In this document: piece by piece, positions 31,139-34,438 of the stretch
Position numbering within the stretch: position 1 is the first letter of the stretch
Layout: every line of letters starts with the position of its first letter
IMG/VR virus record: IMGVR_UViG_3300025759_000031
Strand: one strand, 5' to 3'
DNA length: 34,438 nt
Origin: a virus
Program-made: the position numbers and the translations under genes
Notes under the pieces: model-generated
The model's input: only the letters and a program-made list of their open reading frames with translations
Told to the model about the DNA's origin: nothing
The model's database searches: none

Positions 31139-34107
31139 GTAAACATTCCGCCAGAATTTCGCTTAATAACGTCGTCAAGAATCTCTCCTGAACTCATGTT
31201 TTCCAGCTTAGCAACGTAATCTTCATTAAACACATTAAGATCTTGCATTTCTGGAACTTGAAAATTTAATCGATAATCAAAGTTAGTGGCTTTTGGTACA
31301 GAAGATAACCCGCCAGAAGATCCTCCCCCATCATCCTTGTCGCCAAAGCCAAATGCCTCCATTAAAGCATCTTCCCCTCCAGGATCTTTATCTGCATTTT
31401 CAGGATCTTTTGTCCCAATAACATCAAGTGCAGGCTCTGGATCTTTTGTTGCTATTTCTTCGTTTGCATCCTCCCCGCCTTCCTTGTCATCTCCAGCGCC
31501 TAACTCTGGCTCTTTTTCTTTTGCCTCTGTTTCAGCGTCCTTCCCATTAATTATTTCGTAAACAGTTTCAGCGTCTTTTATAGGATTAGCGGCAGCTTCT
31601 TCTTGAGTCTCGCCATCCTTGTCTTCATTAAGATCTTCGTCACCTTCTCCGTCTTTTGTTGCTGGATCTTGGGTTTCGCCAGGATCTTTATTTCCAATTA
31701 AATCTTGATAGGTTTCGGCATCCTTAACGGGATTGTTTAATATTTCAGCCTCTGTTTCACCATCTTTATTATTAGGATCAGTGTCTTCAGTTTCGCCATC
31801 TTTTACTTCTGGGCTATCTGTTTCTTGCTCTCCATCTTTTCCATCAATAACATCAGCACCAGTCTCTCCATCCTTGGTCGGATTGTTTTCTCTTTCTTCT
31901 TGGCTTTCTCCGTCTTTAACTGGATTATTTTCTCTTTCTTCTTGGGTTTCGCCGTCTTGCCCGCCATCTTTGTTATCAAAAATAATATCAATGATGTCTT
32001 GGAAAAACCCCTCAGAGTCTTTATCGGCAATATCTTCATCTTCAGACTCCCCGTCTTTTGTGTCAGGATCTACGTCCTCTGATTCGCCATCACCGTCGTC
32101 ATCACCGTCACCATCATCACCATCTTTTGTATCAGGATCTACGTCTTCTGTTTCTCCATCCTTAGTAGTGTCTGCAAAGGCGGTGTCTTCTGCGTCTTTA
32201 TCAATGCCTGCATTATTTGCAACATTTTCTGCTGTATCTTTTTCTAGCTGCTCAGCTGCATCGTCATCTTTGTCTTTTTCTGCTTGTTCATCGCCTTCTT
32301 TTTGTGCATCTTCTGCATCAGTATCTTTTTGTTGTTTCTCAGCATTATCTTTTTCGGTTTGCTCCCCTTCTTTTTCTGCCGACTCAGCATCTTTTCCGCT
32401 TTGTTCTGAATCTTTTTCTTGCTGCTCTACCTGATCCTTTTGATCTTGCTCGGCCTGTGCATCTTTATCTGCCTCAGCGTCTTTATCTTTTTCAGCAGAC
32501 TCATCAGCATCCTTGTCTTTTTCTGTTTCTTCTTGAGCGTCCTTGTCTTTCTCGGCGCTTTCGTTATTTTTCTCTTCGTTTTCTGCATCTTTTTCTGCCG
32601 ACTCGGCATCTTTTTCTTCTTGCTCTGTTGCCGCATCCTTTTCTTGCTGCTCAGCATCATCGTCTTTGCGTTTTTGCTCTGAGTCTTTTTCGTCTGTTTC
32701 GGCCTGATCTTTATCCGCCTGCTCAGCATCCTTTTCTTGTTGCTCTGCTTGAGTTTCCTTGCTGTCTTTTTCGCCTTGCTCAGCATCTTTTTCTTTCTTT
32801 TCTGACTGAGCGTCCTTATCCGCCTGCTCAGAATCCTTGCTTTCTTGCTCCGCGTCCTTTTGGTCTTGCTCAGCTTGATCTTTGCTTTGTTGTTCAGAAT
32901 CCGCATCCTTTGCGGCTTGCTCTGCATCTTTGTCTTTTTGCTCAGCAGAGTCCTTTGCTTGCTGCTCAGCCTGTTCGTCTTTTAATTGTTGCTCTGCATC
33001 CTTTTGATCTTCTTCTGCGTCCTTTGTTTCAGTTTCAGCATCCTTGTCTTTTTCGGCATCTTCTGCATCTTTTTGTTTTTCTTCTGCGGCATCTTTGTTC
33101 GATTGCTCAGTATCTTTGTCAGCCTGCTCAGCATCCTTGTCAGACTTTTCAGCAGCATCTTTTTCGGATTGTTCAGCTTGATCTTTGTCGGCCTGTTCAG
33201 CCTCGTCTTTTTCTACCTGTTCGGCATCATCTTTTTGCTGTTGCTCAGCGTCATCTTTTTCTTGTTGCTCTGCTTGATCTTTTTCTAACTGCTCAGCCGC
33301 ATCTTTGTCAGCCTGCTCCTGGGCATCCTTATCTGCTTGTTCTGCGTCCTTATCAGTTTTTTCAGCCGCATCTTTTTTTTCCTGCTCAGCCGCATCTTTG
33401 TCTGCATTTTCGGCTTCTTTGTTTGTTCGCTCAGCCTCATCTTTTTGCTGTTGTTCAGCCTGGTCTTTTTGATTCTGCTCAGCCTCATCCTTAGCAGTTT
33501 GCTCAGCCTCATCCTTTTGATCTTGCTCCGCATTATCCTTTGCAGCATTTTCAATTTCTTTGCTAGATTGCTCAGCATCTTTTGCTTCTTGCTCAGCATT
33601 ACTGTCCTTAACTTTTTGCTCAGAATCTTTTTCTTGCTCTTCTGCGTCTTTGTCTTTTTCTGATTCTGTATCTTTAGCCTCAAGCTCCGCGTCTTTATCT
33701 TTTTCGTCTTCAGCAAAATCTTTTTCTTGTTGTTCTGTATCCTTTGTAGCTATCTCCGCATCTTTATCTATTTCAGAATCTTTGTCTTTTTCTGTTTCGG
33801 CTTGATCTTTTTCTAGCTGCTCTGCCGAATCGTCGTCAGTAGTATCGTCATCTACATCAGAATCTTTTTGATCTTGTTCTGCATCCTTGTCATTTTGCTC
33901 TGCTTCATGAAGCTTTAGTATTGCTGCATAACGCTCAATTAGCTGTATTCTGCTTAAGCCTTGAGTGTTAAAAGTTGCAAAACCTGGAGCAACGCCAAGA
34001 TCAATAAGATCGCGAAGCATTTTGTCAGCTGCTCGTTTGTAATGCAGATCATCTTCAAGTTCTTTTATTGCCTCTTCTGAGCTGTTTCCGCCATCAAACA
34101 ACCCCAT
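31135..34107 (-). CDS. Hyper-acidic low-complexity repeat protein (KD-periodic polyampholyte) with short non-repetitive termini
   Basis: 990-aa uninterrupted ORF, with ATGA-type coupling to the downstream adaptor-like gene. Roughly aa 75-640 are units like (E/D/Q)KDxAEQx. Roughly aa 640-900 are KDGE(T/S)...NP(V/T/I)KD units plus a DGDDGDGDDDGDG run. The N-terminal ~70 aa and C-terminal ~60 aa look like ordinary protein. Confidence 0.75.
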   Translation of the reverse strand: MGLFDGGNSSEEAIKELEDDLHYKRAADKMLRDLIDLGVAPGFATFNTQGLSRIQLIERYAAILKLHEAEQNDKDAEQDQKDSDVDDDTTDDDSAEQLEKDQAETEKDKDSEIDKDAEIATKDTEQQEKDFAEDEKDKDAELEAKDTESEKDKDAEEQEKDSEQKVKDSNAEQEAKDAEQSSKEIENAAKDNAEQDQKDEAEQTAKDEAEQNQKDQAEQQQKDEAERTNKEAENADKDAAEQEKKDAAEKTDKDAEQADKDAQEQADKDAAEQLEKDQAEQQEKDDAEQQQKDDAEQVEKDEAEQADKDQAEQSEKDAAEKSDKDAEQADKDTEQSNKDAAEEKQKDAEDAEKDKDAETETKDAEEDQKDAEQQLKDEQAEQQAKDSAEQKDKDAEQAAKDADSEQQSKDQAEQDQKDAEQESKDSEQADKDAQSEKKEKDAEQGEKDSKETQAEQQEKDAEQADKDQAETDEKDSEQKRKDDDAEQQEKDAATEQEEKDAESAEKDAENEEKNNESAEKDKDAQEETEKDKDADESAEKDKDAEADKDAQAEQDQKDQVEQQEKDSEQSGKDAESAEKEGEQTEKDNAEKQQKDTDAEDAQKEGDEQAEKDKDDDAAEQLEKDTAENVANNAGIDKDAEDTAFADTTKDGETEDVDPDTKDGDDGDGDDDGDGESEDVDPDTKDGESEDEDIADKDSEGFFQDIIDIIFDNKDGGQDGETQEERENNPVKDGESQEERENNPTKDGETGADVIDGKDGEQETDSPEVKDGETEDTDPNNKDGETEAEILNNPVKDAETYQDLIGNKDPGETQDPATKDGEGDEDLNEDKDGETQEEAAANPIKDAETVYEIINGKDAETEAKEKEPELGAGDDKEGGEDANEEIATKDPEPALDVIGTKDPENADKDPGGEDALMEAFGFGDKDDGGGSSGGLSSVPKATNFDYRLNFQVPEMQDLNVFNEDYVAKLENMSSGEILDDVIKRNSGGMFT

Positions 34108-34109
34108 GA

Positions 34110-34438
34110 CTACTTACCAGCCTTTAGTTTCATGAGCTTGTCAGCACCACGTATTCCAAATGACGCAGATACTGCAAGAAACAATAGATACTGATACCAA
34201 TCTGGAAGAGTATCCAAAGCAGAAAAACTGTCATGAACCCTATCAACAATAAAAGGGTCGTCAGCAATGATGCTCCAACCAAGAGCAAATAATGGCACTG
34301 CGAGAACAATTGTCCAAAACTCATCTTTCCAGCTAGACGCAGACGCGTCAGCCATTTTGCTTTCCCAATCTGCGCCATTTTGTATAACCTGCATCTTAGC
34401 CTCATGCTTAGCTTGAGACTGTTGTTGCTTATTGCCTA
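34110..34438 (-). CDS. Holin-like membrane protein, 3' portion plus duplicated segment; same gene as 1..176
   Basis: The tracked ORF 34110..34394 begins at the internal Met MQVIQNG. The frame stays open to the window edge and joins 128..176 across the circular junction. Confidence 0.55.
   Translation of the reverse strand, partial: GNKQQQSQAKHEAKMQVIQNGADWESKMADASASSWKDEFWTIVLAVPLFALGWSIIADDPFIVDRVHDSFSALDTLPDWYQYLLFLAVSASFGIRGADKLMKLKAGK
34312..34438. repeat. Terminal direct repeat, copy 2 (identical to 1..127)
   Basis: Exact 127/127 identity on manual comparison. Confidence 0.95.

Noticed and set aside
31286-33805. Many long ORFs on the plus strand (for example 32217..33494, 425 aa; also 31733..32434, 32986..33288, 33337..33663, 33560..33805) and off-frame minus ORFs (32427..32927, 33285..33716) inside the acidic-repeat gene.
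   Set aside because: Their translations are monotonous Leu/Phe/Ser/Cys-rich or Lys/Arg-rich strings. These are mirror images or frame shifts of the GAx/AAx/CAG-rich repeat. Low-complexity purine-rich coding DNA lacks stops in several frames, and only the 990-aa frame has normal termini and operon coupling.
34312-34438. The terminal repeat read as a biological DTR, LTR or mobile-element end.
   Set aside because: It is an exact 127-nt overlap that bisects a coding frame, which becomes continuous when the ends are joined. That is most simply an assembler k-mer overlap on a circular or circularly permuted molecule. True termini cannot be inferred from it.

Overview
The window is a complete, circularly closed tailed-phage genome of about 34.3 kb. 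Positions 1..127 are identical to 34312..34438, so the unique length is 34,311 bp, and a holin-like gene runs across that junction. No tRNA, rRNA, CRISPR array, integrase, DNA polymerase or RNA polymerase was recognisable.

The genome has two transcription blocks:
- **Late block (minus strand).** One long operon starts at about 13559, runs down through position 1 and continues from 34311 to 22636. In order it carries small basic proteins, a TerS candidate, an M15 endolysin, TerL, portal, a QueC-like PP-loop ATPase, scaffold and major capsid protein. A terminator follows, then a repeat-rich tail fibre with an S74 chaperone domain, a lysis-type membrane cassette, and a 990-aa hyper-acidic repeat protein. 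The block ends with adaptor and nozzle candidates, a fibre-like 84-aa protein, a second S74-domain protein and two large internal-virion-type proteins.
- **Early/middle block (14419..22639, mostly plus strand).** It carries a DUF736-like gene, many small ORFs, an ArdC-like antirestriction protein, a membrane-anchored Myb-like protein and a RecA-fold ATPase. It also carries NinB-like and NinG/HNH-like proteins, plus an inverted sub-operon of Erf, an SSB-like protein and an orphan excisionase/DUF4224-like gene.

The most unusual element is a roughly 650-nt ORF-free island at 13751..14400, between the two divergent blocks. It is about 59% G+C against roughly 40-48% in the spot-checked lines elsewhere, and is dense in helices and short repeats. 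I read it as a candidate large structured ncRNA, a structured leader, or an origin.

Other points worth follow-up:
- the KD-periodic polyacidic 990-aa protein;
- the orphan QueC-like gene inside the head module;
- two S74 chaperone domains;
- a small conserved basic gene that is split or frameshifted;
- a second GC-rich patch next to the integrase-less Xis-like gene;
- a repeat-decorated terminator region at 21625..21745.

All family assignments come from motif recognition by eye and need database confirmation.
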